A stretch of DNA of 64,000 nt. It comes from Thermodesulfobacteriota bacterium (GTDB lineage Bacteria > Desulfobacterota > Desulfarculia > JACQYL01). The DNA is taken from NCBI GenBank assembly GCA_963675595.2, contig CAXXLZ010000001.1:1536001-1600000 (forward strand), written 5' to 3'. The notes under the pieces are model-generated. The model ran no database searches. It was not told the origin of the DNA and was given only the letters and a program-made list of their open reading frames with translations. A program made the position numbers and the translations under genes. The first letter of the stretch is position 1. Every line of letters starts with the position of its first letter. Shown one piece after another: positions 1 to 9,259 of the stretch.

Positions 1-420
1 TCGAAACTCGAACCCGCGCCCGCACGCAATCGTCCCTATGTGGCCGTGGCCACCCTCGAGGGCATGCTGATCAATCAGCATCTGGGGGAAGCGCGGCGGT
101 TCCAGATTTGGGAAAAGACCGAAACGGGCTTCCGTTTGGTGGAGGAACGGCCCGCGCCTCAGCCCGGTTCCGGAGAGCAACGATGGCGCGAAATGGCCCT
201 TACGCTCAAAGACTGTCGGGCGGTGCTCGTGAGTGCCCTGGGAGAAACGCCTCGCCGCTTTCTCCTGAAAGAAGGGATCATCCCCTTCGAAATGAGCGGC
301 CTCATCGAACGGGCCCTGTCCGCAGTGTACGACGACCGGGCCCCGGAACAGCTCAAAGGCCGCAGGAAGAGCGTGGGTCACGGGGGCGGATGCAAAGGGG
401 ACGGAGGCGGGTGCGGATGA
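1..420 (+). CDS. nifB: Nitrogenase cofactor biosynthesis protein NifB, C-terminal NifX-like domain (5' truncated by window edge)
   Basis: Frame is open from base 1 (SKLEPAPARNRPYVAVATLEGMLINQHLGEA...). The RPYVAVAxxEGxLxNQHLGEA motif and the Cys/Gly tail GGCKGDGGGCG are typical of NifB C-termini in anaerobes. The radical-SAM domain is outside the window. Confidence 0.75.
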   Translation, partial: SKLEPAPARNRPYVAVATLEGMLINQHLGEARRFQIWEKTETGFRLVEERPAPQPGSGEQRWREMALTLKDCRAVLVSALGETPRRFLLKEGIIPFEMSGLIERALSAVYDDRAPEQLKGRRKSVGHGGGCKGDGGGCG

Positions 421-575
421 TTTCTCGCCGTTGCGTCGGGCGGAGCACAGGCAACACTTTTACGTGGGATCAACACTCTGCGGCGCCCGGGTCTTGGAAT
501 CAGAACCCGGTGGACGCCGGAAAAAGGAAACAAGGGCTTTCAGACGACGTCCGGGGCTTCTCTCGGACTTCCAAG

Positions 576-662
576 AAGCCGCTCCGCCGCAGGCGGTGCG
601 GTCCCACTCCGAAGTTTTGCGGGGGGTCCGGGGGGTGCTTTTCCCAAAGCACCCCCCGGTAT
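576..662. repeat. Palindromic intergenic repeat, family A copy 1
   Basis: AAGCCGCTCCGCCGCAGGCGGTGCGG...AGTTTTGCGGGGGGTCCGGGGGGTGCTTTTCCCAAAGCACCCCCCGGTAT; similar copies at 7488 and 14229. Confidence 0.85.
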
Positions 663-709
663 ACGGAACAGCCCCATGCTGAAATCCGGTTGCTACAGGC
701 TCCCGGATT

Positions 710-2086
710 TCACGCGACGGGCAACGCGATGCGCACCTGCAACCCGCCGTCCGGTGCGTTGGAGCAGCGGATGGTTCCCTTGTGACGATGCACGGCGTCG
801 TGAGCGATGGCCAGCCCCAGTCCGGTGCCCCCGGACCTCCGATCCCTGGAATCATCCACTCGAAAGAACGGCTTGAACAGATCGTCGAGGAGCTCTTCCG
901 GTACGCCGGGCCCGTGGTCGCGGACCCGGATCACGGCCCACGGGAGGCCGTCTTGTTGGGTGGTCTCCAAAGATACCGACACGTCGGTGTGAGCCGGAGA
1001 ATGATGCACCGCGTTCCTCACCACGTTTTCCACGGCACTGAACAGCAGTTCCTCATCTCCCGCCACCTTCACGCCCTCTTCACCGGCGCATTGAATTTCA
1101 CACTCCTTATGCCGGGCTTCCAAAGCGTTCGTTTCGCAGACGCGCCTCAGGAGCGCGGACAGGTCCACCTCCGTCCCTTTTGACAGAGGCGATTCGCCCT
1201 CCAGGCGCACCAGCGTGATGAGCCTCGACGTCAATGAGTGCATGCGTTCGCTTTCCTTCCTGATCTGTTGGACATAGCGCGCATTGTCCTGGGATGGATT
1301 GTCTTCAATCAGGTCGAGGGCGATTCCCAAGCGCGCCAACGGCGAACGCAGTTCGTGGGAGATGTCTCTCAGAAGCCGGGTCTGGGCGGCCATCAAAGCC
1401 TGAATCCGATCCGCCATGCGGTCGAAGTCATCCCCCATGGCGGCGATCTCGTCTTTGCGATTCCCGAGTTCTCCTTTTGAGCGGACCGAAAAGTCGCCCC
1501 GTGCGAACCGATTGATGGTTTTCCGCAGTTTCACAATGGGTTGCGTGATGTGCCTGGCCGCAACAAGCGACAGCACACAGGTGATCAGGGCCGCCAGTGC
1601 GGCTTTTCCCAGAAATGAGGCCCGATCCCGTGAAAAGGCGTTTTCCAGAATCCCGCGCGGAGACCGTCGGACGATGACGTACTTTTTCCCGGATGCATCC
1701 GTCAGAGGCAGGGCCACGACGAATTCACCGATACCGTGATCCATCACCAGGCGCGCGCTTTGAAACGCTCTTTCCACCGGCTCCATCACCTCGGGAGGCA
1801 ACGGGCTTCCGGCCGGCTCCCCCTGCGGATCCACCACGAAGTACCATTCCGACACGGATGATGCCCTCAACCGTTCCAGGTACGCGTTCAAGGCCTTTGG
1901 ACCGTTGGTCTCGTATTCGTAGAGCGCTTCCCTGCCCGGAAGCAGCAGGTTTTCCGACAAAGCGCCACGCAGGGCGGAAAACACCGGTCCCGACCGGGCA
2001 TAGAGGGTCAGTACTGTGGTGCAGGTGGAAAACAGGATGAAGGTGAGCCAGAACCAGAGGAATACCTTAAGAAACAGGCTTCTCAT
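710..2086 (-). CDS. CpxA-like sensor histidine kinase (2 TM, HAMP, HisKA, HATPase)
   Basis: H-box RDISHELRSPLARL, N-box ENVVRNAV, G1 DHGPGV, F-box FKPFFRV, G2 GGTGLGLAI; N-terminus MRSLFLKVFLWFW resembles CpxA. Confidence 0.92.
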   Translation of the reverse strand: MRSLFLKVFLWFWLTFILFSTCTTVLTLYARSGPVFSALRGALSENLLLPGREALYEYETNGPKALNAYLERLRASSVSEWYFVVDPQGEPAGSPLPPEVMEPVERAFQSARLVMDHGIGEFVVALPLTDASGKKYVIVRRSPRGILENAFSRDRASFLGKAALAALITCVLSLVAARHITQPIVKLRKTINRFARGDFSVRSKGELGNRKDEIAAMGDDFDRMADRIQALMAAQTRLLRDISHELRSPLARLGIALDLIEDNPSQDNARYVQQIRKESERMHSLTSRLITLVRLEGESPLSKGTEVDLSALLRRVCETNALEARHKECEIQCAGEEGVKVAGDEELLFSAVENVVRNAVHHSPAHTDVSVSLETTQQDGLPWAVIRVRDHGPGVPEELLDDLFKPFFRVDDSRDRRSGGTGLGLAIAHDAVHRHKGTIRCSNAPDGGLQVRIALPVA

Positions 2087-2792
2087 GGCCGGGTTCCGAC
2101 GTTTGGGAAGGCAGTGCCAGAATATAGCCGTCTCCCCGAACGGCCTGAATGGGGGACGTCTTGTCGTTTTCTCCCCATAGTTTCTTCCTCAGGCTGGATA
2201 CATGAACATCCAGGCTTCTGTCATACGGAGCGTGAGCGCGTTTCAGCACCAGCTTGGACAGCCGTTCGCGACTGATGACCCGACCGGCCTCCCGGAGAAG
2301 GGTTTGCAGCAGCCGAAACTCCGTAGCCGTGAGCCGGACCTCGGTTCCCTCACGGGTCACCGTCCGCGTGTGCCGATCCAGCGTGATCTCCCCCACCGAC
2401 AGTGTGGACGGCGGAGGCAGGACCGGGGGGGCCGCACAACGTCTCAGGAGAGCGCGGATACGAGCGATCAATTCACGGGTGTGAAAAGGCTTGGCCAAGT
2501 AATCGTCCGCGCCCATTTCCAGACCCACGATTCTATCCACCGCGTCTCCCCGCGCGGTCAACATGATCACCGGAATCCGGGATTGGAGCCTGATTTCCCG
2601 GAGCACGTCGAACCCGTTGGTCTCAGGGAGCATCACGTCCAGTACGAGCAGGTCGTAAGCCCCGCTCAGGGCGTCGCGTATTCCCTCCCCGCCCGTGTGC
2701 ACGAAATCGTACTCAAACCCTTCCTTTCGGAGATAATCGCCCAGGAGTCCGCACAGTTCCGTATCGTCGTCTACGACCAGTATTCTTTCCAT
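2067..2792 (-). CDS. OmpR/CpxR-family response regulator
   Basis: Receiver ILVVDDD...LDVMLP...GADDYLAKPF and winged-helix DRSLDVHVSSLRKKL...VRGDGY; start placed at ATG 2792 (MERILVV); overlaps the kinase start. Confidence 0.93.
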   Translation of the reverse strand: MERILVVDDDTELCGLLGDYLRKEGFEYDFVHTGGEGIRDALSGAYDLLVLDVMLPETNGFDVLREIRLQSRIPVIMLTARGDAVDRIVGLEMGADDYLAKPFHTRELIARIRALLRRCAAPPVLPPPSTLSVGEITLDRHTRTVTREGTEVRLTATEFRLLQTLLREAGRVISRERLSKLVLKRAHAPYDRSLDVHVSSLRKKLWGENDKTSPIQAVRGDGYILALPSQTSEPGHEKPVS

Positions 2793-3271
2793 GGCCCTCA
2801 ATACGTCTTGCGGCCGGCGGAGAAGGCCGATCACAGGCTGATTGAACGCGATCATCTAAGGACACGCCGTTGGGGCACAACCAGGCGCGCGTGGAGCATG
2901 GCACACCAACGTAGCGCCGCGCATCGCGTTTTTCAACATCCTGTTGGACCATTACCGATTCAGGACGCTTTGACACGCCCGGCAAGAACCGGGCAAAGCT
3001 GCGAGCGGCCCTTCTCCTTGGAGGAAAGAAATACCTATCGTTTTGAATCACCGGGCCTGATTTCCATCGGGTCGTATGATTTCATGATGGTTGGGGGCGC
3101 TTTTGAAAAAGCTTCCGGTATAGTGGGTTATGCAATTAACCTCTCATGCTGTATCACACAAACCCCGCTGTTGTTGTTTCGTTAATGCTCTTGGAAACCC
3201 GATTCGATTCCACCCGTGTTGAGTCTTTTATGCCGGTTCTGCCTCAGCCGGCCCCCGGAAAAGACCGATTG

Positions 3272-3400
3272 CCGCAGGCTGCCGAAAAACGATGAGATGC
3301 AAGGCGCGCGAATCCCGAGGAACGAGACGTACTCAGAGTACGTCGCAGTGACGAGGGGTGAAGCGCAACGCCGCAGATCGCGTTTTCCGGCAGCCTGCGG
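3272..3400. mobile_element. MITE-like element, family C copy 1 (129 bp, 19-bp terminal inverted repeats)
   Basis: Ends CCGCAGGCTGCCGAAAAAC / GTTTTCCGGCAGCCTGCGG (18/19 complementary); central palindrome GACGTACTCAGAGTACGTC; homologous inverted copy at 27188-27310. Confidence 0.75.
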
Positions 3401-3401
3401 T

Positions 3402-6400
3402 TCAGCGCAATTCCACCGTCAGCACGGGCCTATGCTGCGGAGTCGCGCTTTCCCGTGATCCGTACCACGTTGCGGAGTAGTAGGTGTCCGAAGGCATCAC
3501 GACGGCCAGTCCGTAGTTGGGCAAATCGCCCGACAACCAGGCCCGCACCGCCTCGGTCACGTCAAAGATCACTTCACCCTCGGCCGTGGGCCGGACGTCC
3601 ACCAGTCCGTCGGTTCCCATACCGAAATCCCGGTCCGGGACCAGGTCTCCGCCCGGAACGGACCAGGGCGTCACACCGTCCGAAGTGTTCCAGGAGGCGC
3701 CGTCCACGGTGTTGCCGTAGGTCCCGGTGCCCTCCTCCCAAGGCGCGGCCAGGGCATAAACCGCGTTGTCCTTGCCGTCACTGCGAGTGCAAAACATGCG
3801 CAGTTCGGCTCTCCCCACGTCCGCGCCCGACGGCAGATCGTCGAGATCGAAAACCACGAGGGCCCGGTAGGCCGGGGAAAGGCCGTTGTAGGCGATGAGG
3901 TCGCCGGAAGCGCCGTAATTCCCGTTGGGAGCGGGCGTCGCAATGGTCGCGTCCGCGGCCGCGGACAGCTCAACGGTCCGAGATGTGTCGGACTCCAGAG
4001 TCACCGTCACATCGTCGAAAAGGGCTTCCTCCGATACGCGCCCGGATAAGGTTCGCACGGACTTCAAGAAAATCCGCAAGCGTACGGTGCCCGCGGGAAC
4101 GGGGTACGTGGCGGATCGCAGTTCCCACTGGTCTCCCTGCACCGGCGTTGTGGTCATGTAGGTATTGATCCTCTTGGGGTCGTCTTCCGTTCCCATCAGG
4201 TACCCGTACAGGTAAGGAGAACCGTCGCCGGATTCCGCCGCGGCCGACCGCATGCGGGCGCTCAGGGTGACGTTGACGCCGCCCGACGAAAAGGCGCTGA
4301 GATCGATGTCCTGGAAAACATGCCCGGCGCTCAGGGCGAATAGGGGGTTGTCGTCTTCCCACGTGACACGAATCTCGCCGAAACGGGTATCCCAGTGATT
4401 CAGACCGTCGTCGGCTTGTCCGTTGAGCACCAGGTTGTCCACCGGGGGCTCGGGGTCTTCGCCGCCACTCCCATCGTCTCCCCCATCGTCTCCGCCGTCG
4501 TCTCCGCCGTCATCTCCACCGTCATCCCCGCCTCCATCGTCACCTCCGGAGCCGTCGTCGTCTTCCCCGGCCAACGCCAGGTATTGATGGCCGAACACGG
4601 CGTGGTTCACCGCTTCCTTCACCGTGGAATAGACCAGAGGCGACCCGAAGTAGAACGGATTGTTCACACCCGTGGCGAACAGACGCGCCGCCTCTTCCAG
4701 GAAACGCTCCTCGCCGCTGAACCGATAGGCATAGGCCATGGTATCGGCCACCGTCAGCATCCAGTTGTTGACCATGTCGGCGGTCTGAGCGTTGTCTCCG
4801 TCGACCTGATAGTGGTAGTACGTGGTTCGCCGACCCTCGTAGTCGAACAGCGCGTTGTCCGCCATCCAGGTCGCATAGCGGACCAGCATGGTTTCGCACG
4901 TTTCCGCGTCCTCGACGCGGCCGGCGCTTCGACATTCATCGGCGAACCGACCCACGGCCGTGAGATACATGCAAAGCATCCACGGGGCCACATACCCTTC
5001 TTGCTCGATGGGACCGTTGATGTACGGCTGCAGCTCCGGATCGTAAAACCGGATGATCTCCATGGCCAGGTCGGCGTACTTGTCGTCCCCGGACAGAGCG
5101 AAGGCCTCGGTCAGCATGGTGATCACGTTGCCCATGGGTCGTTCGCCGGAGCCCATCAGATAGTCGCCCTCCCGACGGTCCAGATAGAAATTATAGGCAT
5201 ACTCGCCCGCTTTCTTCACAAACCGCAGACTCACGGGATCGCCGGTCAGGTAATAGTGCAGCGCGGCCCCGCGCGCGCCGTAGGCCGTGTCCGCCACAGG
5301 CCCCAGGTAATTGCGCACGCCGTTCCAGTTACCCGATTCATTGTGCTGCGAATGACCAAACAGGGCGTCCTTCCAACGATAAATGTCCCAGCCGGTTTCC
5401 GTGATCACGTCGTGGAGCATGATCTGCTCCGCGTGGCGTGAAAAGGCCAGGGCCATGTCCGACCATCGCGGGTCCCTCGTGCGGAGAAACTGAACCCAAG
5501 CGCCCCAGGTCAGGTCGTACTTGCCGTTGAAAAACCCGGCCTTGCCGCCGTCGAACATCTCGAAATCCAACGGCTGGTTCCCGTACTGGTTGTAGCCGTA
5601 GAAGTCGAAGTATTCCAAGGCGGAAGGAGCGGACGAATCGCTCACCCACAGACTGTGAAATTCATAATAATACAAGGCGGTTTGAGCCGGATCGGGAAGC
5701 AACGTGCGATCATTGAAATACTCGTATTTGCCCGCGTCATTCAGCGTGTCCGCCCCACCCAATCGGTCCTCCAGGTCGGTTTTCGGTACGCTGAAAGCCG
5801 GCAAGGCCCCGGATTCGGCGAACCATTCGGGCGGCGCCCAGGCGTACAGCGGTTCCAGGCCCGGGTCTCCCGCCGCGTCCGTGGGAGCGAAGTCCAACAC
5901 CACCTCGCTCGTAATCTCTTCCCCCACCCTGAAGTTGTAGGGAGCCGCATAACGCGCGGGGAACAGGTCCACGTCGACCCGGCCGTCGTCCGCGGCCCGC
6001 AGGCCCTTGGGATAGGTTTGCCAGAAATCGCGAATACCCACGCTCAGAGCGGTATCCCCGGTTTGGAGCGCCATCCACCCGGCATAACGGGAGCCGGACC
6101 CCACGGCCTCGTCCTCGTCGTAGACGCGGTACCCGTCAAACACGGAATAGCTGTTGGGACGAGGATGCTCCTCCTCCCCGTAACGATCCCAATAGGCGCC
6201 GCCGGAGGAATCCTGGTACACCTCCACTCCTTGCCCCTGAACCTCCCGCCCGTCCGCCAGGCGCACCGTCATGGATTCACCGGTTTGCGCCAGGTTGATG
6301 CGCCAACTCAGCCCTTCCACATTCACGCTGTTCCCGCCCTGATAATCGAACACGTCGTAACCGGTGCCGGTGGGACGCACCAGAGCCTCCCGATGGTTCC

Positions 6401-7286
6401 CCAAAGTGATGAGGGCCCGCACACGGCCGCTTCCCGCAACAAAGTACAGCACCGCGCCATAGTCCAACAAACCGGTGCCCTCCGTGTCCCGGAGCGTCCC
6501 GGAAACCCGCACGGACGCCAGGCACGGACCCTGTTCCTGAACTTCCACGGCCTCCGGCGCGGACCCATACGAAGTGTACGCGCGGCCTTCATCATCCGAG
6601 GCCGTCAGTCCGTTCAACACCGAGTCTGTAAGCGTTTCCCCGTCCGAGGTGACGGTCTGCAGGAGGCTGCCGGCCGTGCGGTTCACCACGAAACGCACCG
6701 CACCCGTATCGATTTCCACCCGATCCTCCAGTTCCGTGACCGTCACCGACGACGCTGGAATCGCGGGTTCCCCTTGCGTCAGAGAGAACGCCTGCTCAGC
6801 CTCAGCCGGAATGGAACCGATGAACCGCGCCAACAACCACTTGATGGGAGCATCGGATGGGTCCGGCCCTCCCCGCCAACGAGCCTCCACGGAAAACTGC
6901 ACCGGCACCGGATTTCCTTCTTCGTCCACCATGGACAAATTGGCCGTGTTCAGCAGGTTCAACGATTGAGGGATGGGCACCCCCACGGTGATCAGTTCAT
7001 GGCTTCGTTCCACCGCCGACGGATTGGACACGGTTAGCGGCACGGACAACGCCGCCTCACCGGAAGAAACATTGAGCAAAGAAATGACCAATGAAAGGGC
7101 TAACACAGGGAAAGATGACCGGATACAGCGGGAAATTCGGGAAAACCTTTTGAAAAAGGTTTTCCCGAACCCTTTCCCAAACTTTCTGAGTGGGTTGCTC
7201 TCTCCGGACAAGTTGCCGCGTTTGTAGACCGGGGAGAGCGCCGTTCCCCCGGAATCCCTGTAGATAGGTGTGAAAGATCCAGTCAT
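3402..7286 (-). CDS. Large secreted multidomain protein: exo-rhamnogalacturonan-lyase (PcRGLX/YetA)-like core, acidic Gly/Asp linker, CBM-like domain, C-terminal DNRLRE-like domain
   Basis: Hydrophobic signal VLALSLVISLLNVSSGEA-A; PLTVSN...VGVPIP...W..G...IKWL start typical of the PcRGLX-like N-terminal barrel; NLVLNG..W CBM-like start; DATI...NYG...RALVVFDL DNRLRE-like motif; GGGGG RBS before ATG 7286. Confidence 0.6.
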   Translation of the reverse strand: MTGSFTPIYRDSGGTALSPVYKRGNLSGESNPLRKFGKGFGKTFFKRFSRISRCIRSSFPVLALSLVISLLNVSSGEAALSVPLTVSNPSAVERSHELITVGVPIPQSLNLLNTANLSMVDEEGNPVPVQFSVEARWRGGPDPSDAPIKWLLARFIGSIPAEAEQAFSLTQGEPAIPASSVTVTELEDRVEIDTGAVRFVVNRTAGSLLQTVTSDGETLTDSVLNGLTASDDEGRAYTSYGSAPEAVEVQEQGPCLASVRVSGTLRDTEGTGLLDYGAVLYFVAGSGRVRALITLGNHREALVRPTGTGYDVFDYQGGNSVNVEGLSWRINLAQTGESMTVRLADGREVQGQGVEVYQDSSGGAYWDRYGEEEHPRPNSYSVFDGYRVYDEDEAVGSGSRYAGWMALQTGDTALSVGIRDFWQTYPKGLRAADDGRVDVDLFPARYAAPYNFRVGEEITSEVVLDFAPTDAAGDPGLEPLYAWAPPEWFAESGALPAFSVPKTDLEDRLGGADTLNDAGKYEYFNDRTLLPDPAQTALYYYEFHSLWVSDSSAPSALEYFDFYGYNQYGNQPLDFEMFDGGKAGFFNGKYDLTWGAWVQFLRTRDPRWSDMALAFSRHAEQIMLHDVITETGWDIYRWKDALFGHSQHNESGNWNGVRNYLGPVADTAYGARGAALHYYLTGDPVSLRFVKKAGEYAYNFYLDRREGDYLMGSGERPMGNVITMLTEAFALSGDDKYADLAMEIIRFYDPELQPYINGPIEQEGYVAPWMLCMYLTAVGRFADECRSAGRVEDAETCETMLVRYATWMADNALFDYEGRRTTYYHYQVDGDNAQTADMVNNWMLTVADTMAYAYRFSGEERFLEEAARLFATGVNNPFYFGSPLVYSTVKEAVNHAVFGHQYLALAGEDDDGSGGDDGGGDDGGDDGGDDGGDDGGDDGSGGEDPEPPVDNLVLNGQADDGLNHWDTRFGEIRVTWEDDNPLFALSAGHVFQDIDLSAFSSGGVNVTLSARMRSAAAESGDGSPYLYGYLMGTEDDPKRINTYMTTTPVQGDQWELRSATYPVPAGTVRLRIFLKSVRTLSGRVSEEALFDDVTVTLESDTSRTVELSAAADATIATPAPNGNYGASGDLIAYNGLSPAYRALVVFDLDDLPSGADVGRAELRMFCTRSDGKDNAVYALAAPWEEGTGTYGNTVDGASWNTSDGVTPWSVPGGDLVPDRDFGMGTDGLVDVRPTAEGEVIFDVTEAVRAWLSGDLPNYGLAVVMPSDTYYSATWYGSRESATPQHRPVLTVELR
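4470..4546 (-). repeat. 12-nt coding tandem repeat encoding a (GGDD)n linker
   Basis: CCATCGTCTCC(C/G)-like units; protein GGDDGGGDDGGDDGGDDGGDDGGDDG. Confidence 0.9.
7134..7200. repeat. Palindromic repeat, family B copy 1 (inside the 5' coding region of the 1294-aa gene)
   Basis: Reverse complement GAGCAACCCACTCAGAAAGTTTGGGAAAGGGTTCGGGAAAACCTTTTTCAAAAGGTTTTCCCG matches 9197-9259. Confidence 0.8.
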
Positions 7287-7487
7287 GATTCATCCCCCCT
7301 GTGAAAAAGGTCCATGGATATGCCCACGGGCGTCCGAGCACATCACCGCCTGTTGTGCGTGATAGGGCTGAATCATATCGGGCTTGCGGGAAATTCCGGA
7401 GTTAAGTCTCGGGCAAGAACCGTAAAGATAGGTAAAGATTCGGGGTAGGAATTCACTTTGGGCGGGGGAAGACGAGCTTGGGACGCA

Positions 7488-7575
7488 AAGCCGCTCCGCC
7501 GCAGGCGGTGCGGACGCGCTCCGGAGTTTTGCGGGGGGTCCGGGGGGCGCTTTTTCCAAAAGCGCCCCCCGGTAT
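7488..7575. repeat. Palindromic intergenic repeat, family A copy 2
   Basis: AAGCCGCTCCGCCGCAGGCGGTGCGG...AGTTTTGCGGGGGGTCCGGGGGGCGCTTTTTCCAAAAGCGCCCCCCGGTAT. Confidence 0.85.
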
Positions 7576-7602
7576 GATTGATTCATCCAGTTATTAGTCC
7601 GT

Positions 7603-8955
7603 TCAGAGGAGCCACACCGGTACCTGCTCCCGACTGAACACATCCTGGATGGTTTCCCGGCGTCGGATCAGGGCATGCCGTTCCCCATTCACCAGCACGG
7701 AGGCTGATCGCGGCATGGCGTTGGCCTGATTGGCAAAGGCCTCGTTGTACGCTCCCATGCTCAAAAACGCGATGCAGTCTCCCCGCTCAATGGGCGGCAT
7801 GAGCCGCTCCTTGGCCAGGATGTCCGCCGCGTTGCACAGGGGTCCGCAGATATCCACGGTTTGCGTGCCTTCAGCATCGGCCCGGTGCGCGATCACCGCG
7901 GGATGGTAGCCGGAAAACGGGTCGAAGGGGTCCCCCATTTCGTTGATGCTGCCGTCCACGTATACCCATTGCTTGGTGGTGAGCTTCCGGTCCCGCTTGA
8001 TGTTGCCGGCGCGGGTCACGTACACGGCGGCGTCCTCCCAGCACCACCGGCCCGGCTCCAGAACCAGGCGGGGCAAGGTCACGCCCAGGTCCTCGCAAGC
8101 CGCTCGCACGGTGGACGTGATCCCTTGGGCGTGCCGTTCCAAGGGGAAGGGGTTCTCGACGCCCACGCGGGTCTTGGGAAACCCGCCGCCCAGGTTGAGT
8201 GTCCGTGGAAACCACCCGAAACGGTTCTTCACTTCCCCGAGATACCGCATCAGTTCCTGCGTCTCTTCCAGGGAATACCCGGCTCGGCGCGGAATCCCGC
8301 CATGATAATGCACGCCCGACAGATCGATGTTCGGGGCATGTAGACCTCGTTCCACGGCCCGCAGGAACAGGTCCGGCTCCATGCCGAACTTGAACTCCCG
8401 TTCCCATTGAGACACGTCAATGCCCGGCGGCCGGTAGCGCGGATCCACAAACATTTTCCCTTGCAGGGCTTCCAGGGGCAGACGAACACGCAGACTCACG
8501 CGGGCCGTCTTCTTTTCCGCCTCGGCGAATTCCAGGACCCGCTCCAGCTCTTCAAAGTCGTCCACGTTGATCTGGGCGCCTGTATGGAGTGCGGCCGAAA
8601 GCACTTCGTCGGACTTGTTGGTGCCGTTCATCACGATGCGGTCCGCCGGAGTTCCGGCCATGAGGGCCACGTACAGCTCCCCCATGCCGAAGGCGTCCCC
8701 TCCCCCGCCCTCCGCCGTGATGACCTTGCGCAGAGCCAAGCTGGTATTGGCCTTCATACCCACGCACACCAGGAGTTCCCCGGGATAGCGGCTCTTGAAG
8801 GTATGATGGAAGGTCCGGTAGTTGTTCCGAACGGCGTTTTCCGAAGTGACGAACAACGGGGTCCCATATCGCTCCGCCAGGTCCGTCACCCGCTGTTCTT
8901 CGATCCACAGTTCCCCGCCTTTTTCGTAGATGTATTCGCCGTGCAGGTCTCGCAT
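7603..8955 (-). CDS. PLP-dependent decarboxylase, diaminopimelate decarboxylase (LysA) family, non-canonical active site
   Basis: YGTPLFV, PLP lysine GMKAN, KFGM, LNLGGGF, LEPGR, GPLC, GAY motifs; start placed at ATG 8955 behind a GGGGGAG RBS. Confidence 0.85.
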   Translation of the reverse strand: MRDLHGEYIYEKGGELWIEEQRVTDLAERYGTPLFVTSENAVRNNYRTFHHTFKSRYPGELLVCVGMKANTSLALRKVITAEGGGGDAFGMGELYVALMAGTPADRIVMNGTNKSDEVLSAALHTGAQINVDDFEELERVLEFAEAEKKTARVSLRVRLPLEALQGKMFVDPRYRPPGIDVSQWEREFKFGMEPDLFLRAVERGLHAPNIDLSGVHYHGGIPRRAGYSLEETQELMRYLGEVKNRFGWFPRTLNLGGGFPKTRVGVENPFPLERHAQGITSTVRAACEDLGVTLPRLVLEPGRWCWEDAAVYVTRAGNIKRDRKLTTKQWVYVDGSINEMGDPFDPFSGYHPAVIAHRADAEGTQTVDICGPLCNAADILAKERLMPPIERGDCIAFLSMGAYNEAFANQANAMPRSASVLVNGERHALIRRRETIQDVFSREQVPVWLL

Positions 8956-9029
8956 GGACTCCCCCGCTCTGTTGGAATGGATCGGTTGGTGGTTGCGGGC
9001 ACTTGTCCCGTACTGATTCATCAGGATCA

Positions 9030-9259
9030 CCGGGGGAACGAGGTTCCCCCGGACCCCCTCGTGCGGGCTTCGTCCCTAAAGGAACGCAGCCGGCGCTGAA
9101 AAACACGGATTTACGGGGGAGCTTCTGAAAAAGTTCCCCTACGGTCCCCCCCTGAAATGGTTCAAGCAGGCCTCATCCCGGTTGCGAAGCGAAAGCGAGC
9201 AACCCGCTTAAAAAGTTTGGGAAGGGTTGCAGGGAAACCTTTTCCAAAAGGTTTCCCTG
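9030..9259. repeat. Cluster of palindromic elements including family B copy 2 (9197-9259)
   Basis: Hairpins CGGGGGAACGAGGTTCCCCCG, GGGGAGCTTCTGAAAAAGTTCCCC, GGTTGCG...AGCAACC and CAGGGAAACCTTTTCCAAAAGGTTTCCCTG. Confidence 0.7.

Noticed and set aside
7470-7495. GGGACGCAAAGCC resembling part of a c-di-GMP-I riboswitch
   Set aside because: The upstream GGCAAAC...GAAA stem is missing, it is antisense to the neighbouring genes, and it overlaps the start of repeat family A.
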